Both the position numbers and the translations under genes were made by a program. Under the pieces are notes generated by a model that was given only the letters and a program-made list of their open reading frames with translations, did not search any database and had not been told where the DNA came from. A stretch of 64,000 nucleotides of DNA from Balanoglossus misakiensis (lineage: Eukaryota; Animalia; Hemichordata), in assembly GCA_040954595.2 (NCBI GenBank), contig CM082588.2, positions 2,516,144-2,580,143 of the forward strand, given 5' to 3'. Position 1 is the first letter of the stretch, and each line of letters begins with the position of its first letter. Positions 41,801 to 56,500 of this stretch are shown here, in pieces.

Positions 41801-44581
41801 ACAGCCAGTTGGAGGACACCTCTCAGCAGAATACCACTGACTCCATGACGAATCTGCTGGATCTTGAATACTCAAGCTCGATGCCCCAATCAGCTGGTGT
41901 GGAGGCCTTTCTTTCTGCAGGTGTGTGTACATCTACTGTTGCTTGAGTGGTCCTGTTGATTAAAAAAATGAAACATCTTTTTTGGTGCTGGTACTTTGAC
42001 ATGTGCAGTCAGGTTGATACCTGTATTAATGTTACATATGGTTGTTGCTGGTCCTGCCCAGTTTAGCGAAATGCAAATTTTTGTTGTTAAGTTGCATTTT
42101 GTCATGAATACATTCCACTCCTTACTTCAATCAGGCTCAGTTGACAGCATTGAAGAGTTTTATGATGACGACATCACAAAGCCAGGCAATGGCATTATCA
42201 GGCACCGTGATAGTCCAACTCAGTCGACCAACCATCTCCAGGGTAGGACGACGATTACACAGAATGGGGACCAGTACGACTCGTGTTGTATCCCGTCGTC
42301 AGGAACAAATATTACTGTGTCTCACTTGGATGGCGCTGGTAACAGTACAAGAGGAAGCAAAGGTGAAAAGATGCTTTGTTTCTCAGTTTCTCACCTCCTT
42401 GTGCTTGTTATGGTATAGCTAGATATTTTTATGGAATGTTGCCCTCAATTATTTAACCCTATTTTCTTTGCCAATATCAGGTGCTTCAATCATGTTAACA
42501 GAAGATTCCGCCCCTTTAACTCATGAACAACCCAGTGAGAAGTATCCCAGAACTCCAGTCGGTAGTTGCGCCGATCATATCTGTAGATTTCATTCAAACC
42601 TACCAGGTAAGGAAACAAACAGAGAAATAATTTGATATTGTGCCACAGAGGGCGCAGATTCTTGTATCATTTGTGTAGGGTTTTGATAAGATCTGGCAGC
42701 TGGCAAAATTTCTAGTACTCAGTAGTTTCCAACTGATACACTGCCAACACTCCAGTTTATAGGATTAAATGTTCCTGGTGTGAAATTCTAGCATTTGAGG
42801 ACCAAAGTCTTTACCAATTTGTTTCTTTGTTTGTCACAGGTGCTGGAATACTGAAATTTGTTCACCATTATGTGTTTGCTGCACATGTCATCTATGCACT
42901 GTTGTCAGGGAGACCGGTAGTCATACTTGGAAGTCCAAAATATGAAAAGTAAGTGATCATCATACATGCGCATGTGGATTTGTGCAGGGACGTCTATTAT
43001 TTGCACGCTTGCCGGGCTTTGTGTATCAGATCAATCTTGCATGATATGAGACTCGTTCCAATCTCAAGTTTTGTTGCTTTGAGGTATAGTTTAGGTCACA
43101 CAAACATAATACCTCTTCTTCTTGGCTAAATACCCTATGCCTGAAATAAGCCCTCCCATCTAATAATAATTCCATCTGTTTTTAATTTACAGAGAAGTCA
43201 GGTCTCTAATAACCACCCTCTGGCTCTTTGTTCCGGGACATTCCAGGTGAGATTTCCCATTCCGTGACTTTCTGACTGCTGTCATGGAAACATGAACGAA
43301 ATCTCTTGTTATTTAATCTTTTTTCAAAGTTTACTGTACTTCATTGCGTTGCCTATGGTATGAAATTTTTACTTTGACAGGTATAATTCCTGTCTGTGTT
43401 GTGTAAAGAACTGCCATTAATATCTCTGTTATTTTGTTTTTCAGTCGATACCATGTGGTAGTTCCGTGGCACACCTCCCCACTGTCTCTTGCCGATCTGG
43501 GGAAAATCAAATTAGTTGGCTTGAGTAAACCACGGTCACCTCGATCATCCAATGTACTGCCAAGTTCTGTCAGAAAGTATGTGTCGATTCTGGACTACGA
43601 CAAGAGCACATTGTATTCACCCCCCTATAAGGTATGGTTCTGGTCAAAGGTCATACAAGTCATGATTCTAGCCTGAGCTGATGAGCCAGTAGATGTTTGA
43701 TATACTTTAGCTTTGATGTTTGATATACAAATCTTCCGCTGCTGTGTTTTGTGTCAGATACCACAGCGAAGCTCTTTTGGCTGCCAGGATACCTGTCCTG
43801 GGATTAGTACATTGCTGAAGTTTACCTTTTCCTTAACCCTTTCACTCCCGGTTCCCTCTTTAGAGGTCCAATCTTACCATAGAAAACAATGGGTTTGGGA
43901 TGAACCATGTCCATCATTCTTTATGCACTGACCATTGTCTTTCATTTTCCTTCATAGGGTACTTTCATCAATGGCATTGTCAGCAGAAAGAAGCAATTCA
44001 AAACCGACCAGGTGTTCATTGCGTACATCCACAGTGTCTTACTAGAACTGGCCTCCAAGGCGTATCTCTACTATCATTCATTCTGTCTGAATTCAACAGA
44101 CGGCAAATCGTCACAACAGTGAGGTTTAGATTAATCTATGCCATTTGATGATTTGATGTTCTGATTGCAAGGGTATTTGTTTAGTTTTCAGTCTTTTAGA
44201 ATAGTGCAAGTCTGTTGTGTTAATAAGTCTTCTGTTCTCTGTTCACAGTTCTTCTGGTAGTCCGGCCAACAGTCACAAAACCACTGTGAGTGGTTTCTTG
44301 GGTAAATTGGGTGTCACCGATGGAGATGCCAGAATTGTAGAGGTAGGCACCATCATTGTTTTCTTGACTGTAATACCTGAATTTTTTTAATTTTTTGTTG
44401 ATTTTTGTTTAACTTTATTTTTTTTTCTGTCAACTTCCTCTTGTAGTACTGGGTTGAACTTGTCAAGCAACAACAGGTCGATGATTTCATGGCCAGGGTC
44501 AAAGGTTATAGCAGCCATGACCAGCTGCCGCCTCCACCAATCAGAATAGACTACAAACTGTGTTTAGAATACAGAGTTTAA
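38814..44581 (+). CDS. SMCR8: SMCR8 (DENN/longin subunit of the C9orf72-SMCR8-WDR41 complex), many exons
   Basis: DFILISEFSEQEGPKPL, FDLNAFAVKIMAVDFQ, YVHHFTLYDTEARGFVRPFCMAY, IYALLSGRPVVILG and TTLWLFVP motifs. TAA at 44579-44581. Confidence 0.93.
43833..43909 (-). mobile_element. Second copy of the TTAACCCT-ended MITE-like repeat, in an SMCR8 intron
   Basis: Begins TTAACCCTTTCAC; its reverse complement aligns by eye with 25921-25980. Confidence 0.55.
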
Positions 44582-45976
44582 CCAATCACTGGCAGTTTTA
44601 TCACCCATGTGACTATTTTTACCCAATGTCATTGTTATTATTTTTTTCAAAGATTACAGCAGTGCTGTCAGTTTTAAGCATTATTTGGCAAATGTTTTGC
44701 AGTTTGCTGTTTTTTTACGCATGTCAGAGAGAGAGAGAAAGTTTTAACTTTAAGAATAATCACTTTTAAAATTGTGTAACTATTTTGAATATCTGTAAAA
44801 TTATTTACATAGCCTTTAACATGAGAACGTTTAACTTTCAAATATTATTAAACCATGAATGGAAATATTTTTATGAACTGGTAGATTTTAATCCCGTTTA
44901 TTGAACCTACTACTCCGCAAAGTTCAAAGTTTATTTTTTGCATTTTTATTTACGTGGTTTTTAGTGCATAACAGACCGGAACTTTGTCAGATGATTATGA
45001 AAACAGTTATATCGATTAACAGTTATGGAAGTTTCATATTTGGAGTTTTCTTCCTGAAATGAATGAATTCATGACAATGTTGTTATGAGGACAACTGATT
45101 GAATGCTGCTGTGGATATCAAGAGATATTAAAGACAGAATAACACAAATTGATAATCATTGTTGTATGTGTGAGTGCATTTGTCTGTGGGTATTGAGTGC
45201 ACATGCACAAGACCTGTGATTGGACATACATGATACCAGTATGTTAGGTATAGGTAGAAATTCAAGCCACTTTCAAACCTGTCGTTCAGTGCTTTGATAA
45301 TTACTGCAAGAGCTACATGTATCTTCAAACATTTCTCCACTGATAAACCGTCATTCCTCATCCCTTAGTTTGCGGGTATGGTAGATGTTTATTGCATAAT
45401 GGGTCAGTGGCACATTTTAGTGAAGCAGGCTTCAATTAATGCTCTCCATGTTTAATTTGTATTTTCAGTGTTGATTACAAGTCTAAGGAGATAGTACTAC
45501 TCTGGCTAATTATATTGGAGTTCTTATCAGTGTTTCCGGAGGCTTAAATGATAACCATAGTATAATCCCCTTCATTGTTTGAGCGGACCATAAAACCCTG
45601 CATTGTTTACAATGGAAAACGACACATGGTGTATCAATTGCACATTTCTTAATTTAGTTTCTTCCGGCAAGTAATGGACATTCCTTACTGGGTTGGACCA
45701 TTTGCTATCAGGATGGGTAGTGAAAGGTTTTCCAGGAAGAACCCCTGCCAGTAACATTGAAACAGTAGACTGTCTGTAGTGCAACGAACCATACAACTTT
45801 CTCACTGCCACCCCTCTTTATCAAATGCTAAGCACTTGGGGCAAAGTTCATGGAGACACCAAAAATCTGATACGGTGGAAGTTGTGGCATTTTGAAGGCT
45901 CCATCTCCAGGAATGAGCAGTGGCTGGAAAACTGGCTGCTTTTCTCTGAAAATTTGAGGTGAGTGATGTTGTGTGA

Positions 45977-46083
<107 letters not shown>

Positions 46084-46593
46084 TTCCTTCCCCCCTCTCT
46101 CTTCCCTTCTCCCTCTCCCACTCTCTCTCTCTCTGTCTCACTACAACTAACAGGGAAAGGCCTGGCCTGACCATGTCTTGGTTTCAACTTCAGGCGATTT
46201 TATTGCATGTATGACTCAATCCAGGACAACTGTGTGGGAAAGCCTACATCCTAAATGAAAATATTGAAGTATTTATAAGAAAAGTACATCTTTTGTTAAA
46301 TTGTTCAAAACCAATCTATACTCTTAGGTCTGTACTATTGTTTACAATGAATTAGGCCCCATCAGATGTAAACAATTCAAATCACAGTTCCAGTTCTAAC
46401 AAAAGACCATACCATGACAAGTTTAATTATGATGGCATTTGCTCCTTTGCTCTGCCTGGAGATTTTCAAACATGGGACTCTGAGATGTTCATTCGAAAAT
46501 ACTGAACACAATTTTTACAGTGAGTTTGTTCATGTTTTATTCTCCAGGAACTAATGATATGTATTCAGAGATACAAAAGTAGGACTTTGAGAG

Positions 46594-49500
46594 ATGTCGA
46601 ATATGCCAGCGGTAAGAACTGTGTATTTCATCATTACAAAAGTTTGCATATAAGCAAGACGGTCACATGCACATGATGCCAGCATAGTGTGATGTAACAG
46701 AATTCCCAAGCGACTGTGTTGCATAATGGACGTTAGTCTTCGCCTTCTCAATTGCTGAAAAATGTTTCTGTGAATCTGGCATTTGGGAAATAACACCATC
46801 AGACAAAAAAAAATTAAAATGTCAACAATGGCGTAAATTTATTCACAGGGATGCAGAGTGGGAAGCACAGAGAATAAAACCAGAGTTGCTGTAGTATCCT
46901 TGGAAAGATTGGCATCTGGTGATGTACGACAAAAGGCATCGGTTGCAATGGCACAGGCTGCGAAGGACGTTGGTGAGAATCAACTAGGCAATGATGAAGG
47001 TAAACCCCACAGTGTAATTGGATAAAAAAACATCATAGTCGTATTGCTTTTCATCTGTGATTGAAGGGTATACAATTGATACACAAAAACTGGATTATAA
47101 AATTCAATTTCAGTAAAGTCCTGCCCCACACCAACGAAATCTACTTGGTAACCTAAATGTTGACATTAATTGAGAATGAATTGACCTAATGACTTCCATC
47201 TGGACACACACAGAGCATAATCTCAAAGTTTGACAGAGATTTATGAGTTCACCAAAACAAACTTGCTCCATTGGGAAAACACTGGAATTTGATCTTAAGC
47301 TAAATTAATTGATTTATAATGAGCAAGAATCCTTATATGTAGTTAGAGGAGGTATACCACTATTTGTATTTGGCAAAGAGGTGGCAACAATTATTATAAT
47401 TGTGGCATGCCGGTTAGTTTGAGAAGCACATGGAAAACTTAAATGCAGCGTGCGGCTTGGCTAATATCAGACGTGTGGTCTAGTGCTTCTGTGTGGAAAT
47501 TTATGTTATATGCATGAACTGACAGTAAACTCGTTGTGTTAGAGTCTTAAACTCCTTGGAAATTAGAGTACTTCAATAAACCAAACTTAAAGGAACCATT
47601 CATATATACAACTACGCTCGTCTGGATTATCTATTGAAGAGTGTAACATGATACATCGCTTCAAGTTTAAAGTCTCTGCAAAGAATTGCAAACATTCTGC
47701 TATGGGCTATGCAGCTGAAAGAATGTCTGTGTTTTCAGGTGCGATTATGGAGGGCACAGGTTTTGTGGAGGTTTTTATCAAAAGGATGGATGCATACCAA
47801 CAAGTGTATGAGATCATAAGGTCATGCAGGGGGTCTATAGAAATTGCCTATTGGCTGAGAGGCTCCTCTGAAACTGCCCAACAGTGCAACATGAGCACTG
47901 TACAGAGATTCGTAATTACCATCCACATTTAATTGTCTTTTCAGATCATGAACAAAGACATCAAAGGAAGATTGATGAACAACCACCACCACCGAGCAAT
48001 CTAATCAGGAAATCAAGGTCGAGGAGAAGAAGCAACGAAAGAGTTCGGTCACTTCGCAAAAGGAACACTTCACATGTGACGCAACATCCCAGAATCCAGG
48101 GCAGTAAAACCTCACTGAAATGCAAAGTATGTAGCAAACGTTTTCACCATAGGTCAAGTCTAGAGAGACATAAACGAATCCATACCAACGAAAAACAGTA
48201 TACATGCAAATCCTGTGGCAGGTGTTTCTCTGATGGTTCAAACTGTAAAAAACATGAGCGAAGCTATTGTAAGGGAAAACCAGTGCAGTGTAGTAGTATA
48301 CGTGGAAAATCTTCCTCCAGTTCTTCGAATACCAGAGCACACATGCAAAACCATAATAACAAAAGGCCACATGAATGCAAAATATGTGGCAAATGTTTTC
48401 CCTGGGCTTCAACTTTGAAAACTCATCAACGAATTCATACCAATGAAAAACCACATGAATGCAAAATATGTGGCAAATGTTTCTTCCAGGGTTCACATTT
48501 GAAAGATCATCAACGAATTCATACCAATGAAAAACCATATGACTGCAGAGTATGTGGCAAATGTTTTGCCACTAAATCAAACTGTATAAGACATGAAAGA
48601 ATTCACACCAAGGAAAAACCCTTTCAGTGCCAGATATGTGGTAAATATTTCTCCCAGCGTTCAAATTTGAAAACTCATCAACGAATTCATACCAATGAAA
48701 AACCACATGAATGCAAAACATGTGGTCAATGTTTTTCCTGGGCTTCACAATTGAAAACTCATCAACAATTTCACACCAATGAAAAACCATTTGAATGCCC
48801 AACATGTGGCAAATGTTTCTCCCGGGGTGATACTCTGAAAATTCATCAACGAATTCATACCAATGAAAAACCATATGAATGTAGAGTATGTGGCAAATGT
48901 TTTGCCACAAACTCAAACTGTATAACACATGAAAGAATTCACACCAAGGAAAAACCCTTTCAGTGCCAGATATGTGGTAAATGTTTCTCGCAGAGTTCAC
49001 CTTTGAAAACTCACCAACGAGTCCACAACAATTTATTTCATAAAGGTTTCTCTCAGAGATCATTGTTAAATAAGCCCCAAGAAATCCATGCCAAGAAACG
49101 TGTACATGAATGCAAATTCTGTCATAAAGGTCTAGCCAATAGTTCTAACTTGAAGAGACACGAACGAATTCATACCAATGAAAAACCATATGAATGTAGA
49201 ATATGTGGCAAATGTTTCTCACAGCGTGCACATTTGAAAACTCACCAACGAGTCCACAACAATTTATTTAATAAACGTGTCTCTCAGAGATCATTGTCAA
49301 ATAAGCCCCAAGAAATCCATGCCAAGGAACGTGTACATGAATGCAAATTCTGCCATAAAATTCTAGCTGGTAGTACTAGCTTGAAGAGACACGAACGAAT
49401 TCATACCAATGAAAAACCATATGAATGCAAAACATGTGGTCAATGTTTCTCCCGGGGTTCAACTTTGAACATTCATAAACGAATCCATACCAATGAAAAA

Positions 49501-50967
49501 CCACATGAATGCAAAACATGTGGTCAATGTTTCTCCCGGGGTGATTATCTGAAAATTCATCAACGAATTCATACCAATGAAAAACCATATGAATGTAGAG
49601 TATGTGGCAAATGTTTCGTCCAAAAATCAAACTGTATAACGCATGAAAGAATTCACACCAAGGAAAAACCCTTTCAGTGCCAGATATGTGGTAAACGTTT
49701 CTCCCAGGGTTCAACCTTGAAAACTCATCAACGACTTCATACCAATGAAAAACCATATGAATGCAAAACATGTGGTCAATGTTTTTCCTGGGCTTCACAA
49801 TTGAAAACTCATCAACAATTTCACACCAATGAAAAACCATTTCAGTGCCAAATATGTGGCAAATGTTTCACTCAGAAACGTCACTTGAGAGAACACAATG
49901 AAGTCCATGCCAGGTTGAGGCCATTTGAGTGCAAAACATGTGGTAAACGCCTATCCTATAGGTCCAGTTTGAAGGTGCACCAAAGAATCCATGCACGAGA
50001 TAAACCATTTGAATGCCCAACATGTGGGAAATGTTTCTCCTATCGCTATCTGTTGGGTAGACATGAAAGAATCCACACCAAGAAAAAAACACATGAATGC
50101 AAAATATGTGGCAAATGTTTCTTCCAGGGTTCACATTTGAAAGAGCATATTCGAATTCACACCAAGGAAAGGCCATTTGAATGCAAAATATGTGGCAAAC
50201 GTTTCTCGCAAAGTTCAACTTTGAAAACTCATCAACGAGTCCATAACAATATATTTAATAAGCGTTTCTCCCAGACATCATTATCAACTAAGCACAAAAA
50301 AACCCAAGCCAAGAAATGTGGGTATGAATGCAAATTCTGTCAAAAAAGTCTATCGGGTAGTACTAGCTTGAAGAGACACGAACGAATTCATACCAATGAA
50401 AAACCATATGAATGTAGAGTATGTGGCAAATGTTTTGCCACAAACTCAAACTGTATAACACACGAAAGAATTCACACCAAGGAAAAACCCTTTCACTGCC
50501 AGATATGTGGCAAACGTTTCTCGCAGAATTCAAATTTGAAAACTCATCAACGAGTCCACAACAATTTATTTAATAAACGTTTCTCTCAGAGATCATTGTT
50601 AAATAAGCCCCAAGAAATCCATGCCAAGGAACGTGTACATGAATGCAAATTCTGCCATAAAATTCTAGCTGGTAGTACTAGCTTGAAGAGACACGAACGA
50701 ATTCATACCAATGAAAGGCCATTTGAATGCAGAGTATGTGGCAAATGTTTCATCGAAAAATCCGGCTGTATAACACATGAAAGAATTCACACCAAGGAGA
50801 AACCCTTTGAGTGCCAAATATGTGGCAAATGTTTCTCCCAGAAATCAACCTTGAATGATCACCATGAAGTCCATGCCAGGTTAAAACCCTTTGAATGCCA
50901 AATATGTGGGAAGCGCCTATCCTATAGGACCGGCTTTCTGAGGCACCAACAAATCCATGCACAGTGA
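46594..50967 (+). CDS. Poly-C2H2 zinc finger protein (~30 intact fingers)
   Basis: The large exon 47945-50967 has tandem CxxC...HxxxH fingers with HTNEKP/HTKEKP linkers. Predicted upstream exons 46594-46611 and 46849-46999 (MSNMPAGCRVG...AVVSLERL...) splice in frame, but the 5' end is less certain. Confidence 0.9.
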
Positions 50968-52568
50968 AGTGATCCCTCAGTCCAACATTGTCTTGAGATA
51001 ACCATTCAATGACAGTAGTACAGTATTGTTAATTTTCTCCAGGGAGAGGGGGGGGGGGGGTCCTGGGTTGCATTTATGTGATGGGTTAAGAGTTAGTTTT
51101 CCACATTTTATATTGTATGTTTCAACTGTGTTATTTTGATTATATGAGTAGTGTTAGTGTATTGTTTTTCCTGTTGCTTGATTTTATATAGAGAAATGTA
51201 GCTTTTTAATTAATAATCATTTATGTTCATGACCTCACATTTTGTATTGAGTAATGTGCAGATTGTTAAAATATGGGAAGTTTTACATTGGGTGATTTTC
51301 ATTTTAATAGTCATTGAAATGTAATCTTTTTGTATGTAATGTGACAATGGGGGATTTGATGTCACCTGATCGTGTAGCCTGTGGGCATTGAGTACATTCG
51401 CTTTCCCTTTTGTACACAATACACCAAGATTCCCATCAACAATACTTGTTTCTTGTGTTCATGTTTTATCTGCATGCTTTATCTTTGTCTGTGATATTAC
51501 AAGCCATATCAGACAAGATAACAAGGATACACGTGAAGTTCAAACACTCGTGCACGTATAATGAGAACAGATCGAATGTACATACGAAATATGGACATCT
51601 TGCAAGACGGTCGTGATGAACACAGACAGCAGTAGGTTCTCGAGTGTTTATACATTATGACACAGTGTCGTAGCATGCGCCATTGATTGAAATAACTAGA
51701 GAAAAGGTCAAATGCTAAAATGCTAAAAGCATCAAATGTTACGCATACTTTTCATTTCAATTTGTCTCGAACAATATCTTCATCACCGAGCAGCGCATTA
51801 TCTTCCTTCCGGGTGCGCATGCTTCATCCTCGCTACTTCATTTCCCCCCAGTTCCTATTGCTGCTATGTTAAGGTCCATTTGCCGTGATTGCAAAGTAAT
51901 CATTACCCGGAGGCTGACACGCCTCGTATGCAAGATGGATGTTATAATGTATCTCGCCTCGGGGCCATGTTTAAAACTAGAAGCACGGAACGATGTATGG
52001 TTTACGCGAAGTACCCTTTGATTATTACAACCTTTATTATCTCTACAAGGAATCATGGCTTTTGTCTCACATTGAAGTATCTTTAAAACGTGGCATTCTA
52101 TGTTTTTTGGCATCGCCACGACTTCCAATAGCATAGTAAGAACTCGAACATAAAAAGACAACTGGTTATATCGATATGAGTCGCACGTGCTGCTTGGTCG
52201 TATGGGTCAGATACATACCACCCGTGCATTACCCTGTAAGTAACCAGAAATACTAGGCCCAAGGGAAATATATAACGAGCATTTCTGGCAGCTCACAATC
52301 TCTAAAGGTAATATTGTTATGTATTATCCATTTGGAGTTTTTTTCAATTTGAAATAGGTGCCCAGTCAGATATAGATTCACGTGGCTATTTCCTCGTTAA
52401 TCACTGTAATATCGTTTTTCCCTCTGCACAAAATAAATTGCGTTTTCTGAATAGAATATCTGGAGCAACTTGAAACCTTGTCAAGAATTGCAATATCTTT
52501 CTCCATAAGAAATAATGAGCAGGCCCACATCTCTCTGATTGTGTGTCTCTGTCTAAAACTCGTCCTCT

Positions 52569-52685
52569 CTGTCTGTCTCTACCTCTCTCTGTCTCTCTCT
52601 CTCTGTCTCTGGCTCTCTGTCTCTCTCTCTGTCTCTCTCTCTGTGTCTCTCTTTGTCTCTCTCTCTCTCTCTCTCTTCTCTCTCT
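52569..52685. repeat. Imperfect (CT)n/(CTGT) pyrimidine-rich microsatellite
   Basis: Directly visible. Confidence 0.9.
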
Positions 52686-53493
52686 ATTATGACGCGTCAT
52701 AGGTGTTTGTAAATACGGCCACTAATATGAAATGGCTTTTAATGAAAAACTGAATCAAAGTTTAATACAAAATACACTTGGGTGAGAACAAAATGGACAC
52801 CATTGACACTTTGCGAGAAATGAAACACAAAAAATATAATTGAAACGAGTGGGCTTACTGCAGGTAGGCGACCGTGTACATAGGGATTTACGGAATTAAA
52901 CCATATGAAGTGTATTATCTGCAGGACTCCTAAATCCCCAGGGTCAAGAGTTTTACCGCAGTCTATACAATTTAATACCATAATCCCCCGGATACGAGGT
53001 TGCTAACCGTGTTATACCACGGCTTTCTAAGTCTACGAGTCACAGACTGATTTCCGTGTTTCAAAATGACCACCGGGAACGTATTATACTACCACCTGTT
53101 TGATCCCAAACATTTGTCACGTCCGGACATTGGATTGACGTAAAATTACAATAATTATAGACGTGTCCAAGCCGCTTTGTAATTTACATTTAAGAAACAA
53201 TTTCTGATTGGTTGAAAATGTGAACAGATGTTCGCAAATCTCTATTCAAAGCGCCCCCCTCGTCCTTTATTTGAGAACTTCACAAGTCAGACACGACGTT
53301 GCGGAACTCCACGTGTCTCAACATGACCGAAAACTCATTGGCACGAATAACTGGGAAACTGGTCTTAATTATCTCAATTGAGACTTCAGCCGCACCTATA
53401 AAGAACACGGGGTTTTGGTTTCCTTACCCGCTGGACATGAAACCGCTGAACACTGGAAGAAATTGTGAATTCCCCATGACCACTGCATCATGA

Positions 53494-53524
53494 ATGGACC
53501 AGACAAACGAAGCTCACCGCACAG
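53494..53524 (+). other. Possible first exon (MDQTNEAHRT, then CAG|GTAAGC) of a gene extending beyond the window
   Basis: Strong donor consensus at 53525 with an upstream ATTGG box near 53206. No downstream coding exon was identified. Confidence 0.25.
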
Positions 53525-56500
53525 GTAAGCAAGTTTCATTGGAAGAGCGATTTTCAATTTTATGATATAACGTTACATATCAACTTTACAATTTTTATAA
53601 TTGATGCATATATCTCAAGATTTACCATTTTCGTTTTAATGATGCAAGTATTGGTTTGCTGGTCCAAACACACTATTCACCTCATCAAATATTTATAATA
53701 GACCATTTTGCGAACTCTACGAGACCTTGCGAGATTTCGCGTGGCTAGGCACAAAATGAATACCATGTGGCACAATCCTATCAAAGCTTGCGTATCGAGT
53801 ATAGCCCAGTCAGCAGAATAAAATATATCAAAACACTAAAAAGAGATATCTTGAATTGAGTATACTTGAACCTTGTAAAAATACGTGTTATCTCGTAAGA
53901 AATCTGTCTTGCCCTTCGCAGGTCAAATCTTGTGTCATTGACACTGTGGTCCCACGTGGCTTCAAAGTACAAATTAGGATGGCGGGTAAGTTTCCGGCTA
54001 CCCGACAGGGCTATAGTCTGCCAGCCTGTCGTGACCTGATTAGATGGAGGTTAATTTCCCAAAGGGCTCAATTACATGAAAATGTTCACCTACCTGACTA
54101 GAAATGTGTTGAAGAAAAAGCCAAATATTGCTATTTTCGAGCTATTTCTGTTCGGTTTTTTAATTGTTTGTCTTTTACCGCGGTTATTAACGTAAAAAAA
54201 CAACGCTTTGCTGTCGCTCGATTGACATGAAATGAAAAAAAATCGTGTCAAAAGTTACTGATAGTGGACCTTTAATAGAAGGGAACAAAAATGCGTCACA
54301 TGATTACAAACTGTTTCCGAGATTTACAGCCCCCCCCCCCTCCGATTCGGCAATCTATACCCGAGAGCCACATTCACTTTTAATTCTTCATAGTGGAATA
54401 TAAAAGGTTCGAAGACTCGGTGTCTGCCAAATCTCTTTCCGAATCACCTTCTTATCGAGCGAGGTTTACCCTATTCCCAGTGTGCAGCTCATTAGCCCCG
54501 ACGTCCTTATCGAATTACGAGTACATTAGGTCATGACAAATCAAAACCGCTGAACGTCAAAAGAATAGGAAGACATGAAGTCATCATTTGCAGTACTCCT
54601 TGACGTACAGAAGTAAAATTTAGAAACGAATTTCGAAGATTAGATGGCGATATGCGCTATGATGCAAAGTTTGGGTTCTGGCTGTTCCCAGAATGAAACA
54701 AACTGAAAATCACATACTGGGAAGTGTCTATATAACACAGTGCGATATTTAAAAAATGCAAGAGTTGCTTTATATAGATAGTCGTGCGAATCGAACTACT
54801 GATTTCAAAATCTAACTTAGCTTTTGGGGTAGATTGGATACATGCAGACGTAGTATCAATACAGACGATGTCCTGGGAAGTAATTATCAAGCTATCCTGT
54901 GGCGAAGTTTTAATAAATAACTATTCTGCTGTCAGCCGAGAATTCTTTTCGCCACTGCCAACTTTTCGCAAAAAGCACTTCCCAATTGTCATGGTAAACT
55001 CCAATTTTTTTCACGAAAAGTTTCCGGCCAACCTCATTTTGACGATTTCTGATGTTACAAATGAACGGATCGCCCCGATATCAATTTACCCAGCTCTACT
55101 AGCCGGCATAATGATCTTGATATTTACTGTTAAGAATCGTTTGAAATATTTTTTTCTTCTGATTTTGTGATGCTCTCGTCGAAACAGGAAAAACGAACCA
55201 CTCTCAATTTTTACCGTTTATATAACTTGATGAAAATAAGACGCGTCGATGTGTTAAATTGTATTACCTGTGCTACCTCATCTTGCATATTAAAGTTGGC
55301 ATGAAATATCAATTATGAAAATGTGTGTGACACCTGGCATGGACAGTTGTCACCATGACAACGACTATAATCGTATTTGCTGCAACAGTCACTTATCTAA
55401 ATGACAGAACTGCTCGTGTGACTAAACTAGGACTGCTCTTGATCCTCTAATCTTCTAGTTCTCAAATGTTAATTTTTTTTCTCAGAAAAGAGATCATGCG
55501 TTGTATTAAAGTTGGCACAAAAATCGGCGTCTGTTAAGAAGGGATGTTTTATTCAACCGACTGAAGGGCGTTTTGATGAATTACTAATCAACTAAGGCGT
55601 CATAGACACGCTTGAGAACCGTAAACGTTTGTCGTTATGTCCATCAGAATATGGTGACATGAACTGCTTTGATAACTTGTACAGGGCTTTTATTTAATCA
55701 GCAAAGGGTTGCAAGCTGTCACTCATTAGCGCGCAGTAATAGGGTGAAATTCCACGATTATTCTTTTCTTGGCAATAGGACACCCACAGCCTGAGCAGAT
55801 GGATGATAGAAATCGTAATTACTTTGCGAGAATCAAGTGAAATTCAGAAATACAGTATCAAGTAGCTGCCCATGCAGTGTCTGACAGATTTCTCTCTTTA
55901 TCACGTGAACTGATCCTGATCGCCCACCTGTGTGACGTAAACAGCAAAGCACAAAAATCCGTGTTCTAAAATCATCGACCGAAATTTTTTTTCAGCGATA
56001 AGTCAGAATACTTCTGCTACATGATTATTGGTACTGACAAAAAAATTAATGTTGGAAAGTTTTCAGGTGTAAAATTCATGTATATGTTGTTGATTGTGCC
56101 GTAACAACCGTCAACGCGCATGTTTCACTGAGAAGTACAACATGTATAGTCCATTAGTATTTAAAAATAACTAAATGTCAAAAGTTAGCGACTTTGTCCC
56201 TTTAAGGAAACTCTGAGTCTCATACGGATTTCGGCTCGTAGAGACTTCGTTTAAGCCGGTGGGCTATAGCTTAGTTGACTTCATTTAAAGCAAATGCCAC
56301 TGCACAAAAACAACGCCGTAAGTACGGACTATAATGTCGCCCGGTAAACTAAATGATGATAAAATTAAACCGAGGGCGTATTTATCGAAATCGCGACCAG
56401 ACTGGTTGCGGCGTTTACCACCAGATCTCGACAATATGGCTCCGTCGAATCTAAGGCATCGCCATGACGACGCGTGGCTTTTTACCTTCTGGTCTAAAAT

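Noticed and set aside
48005-50962. Several minus-strand ORFs with repeated MVFHWYEFV motifs
   Set aside because: They are antisense shadows of the C2H2 repeat array.
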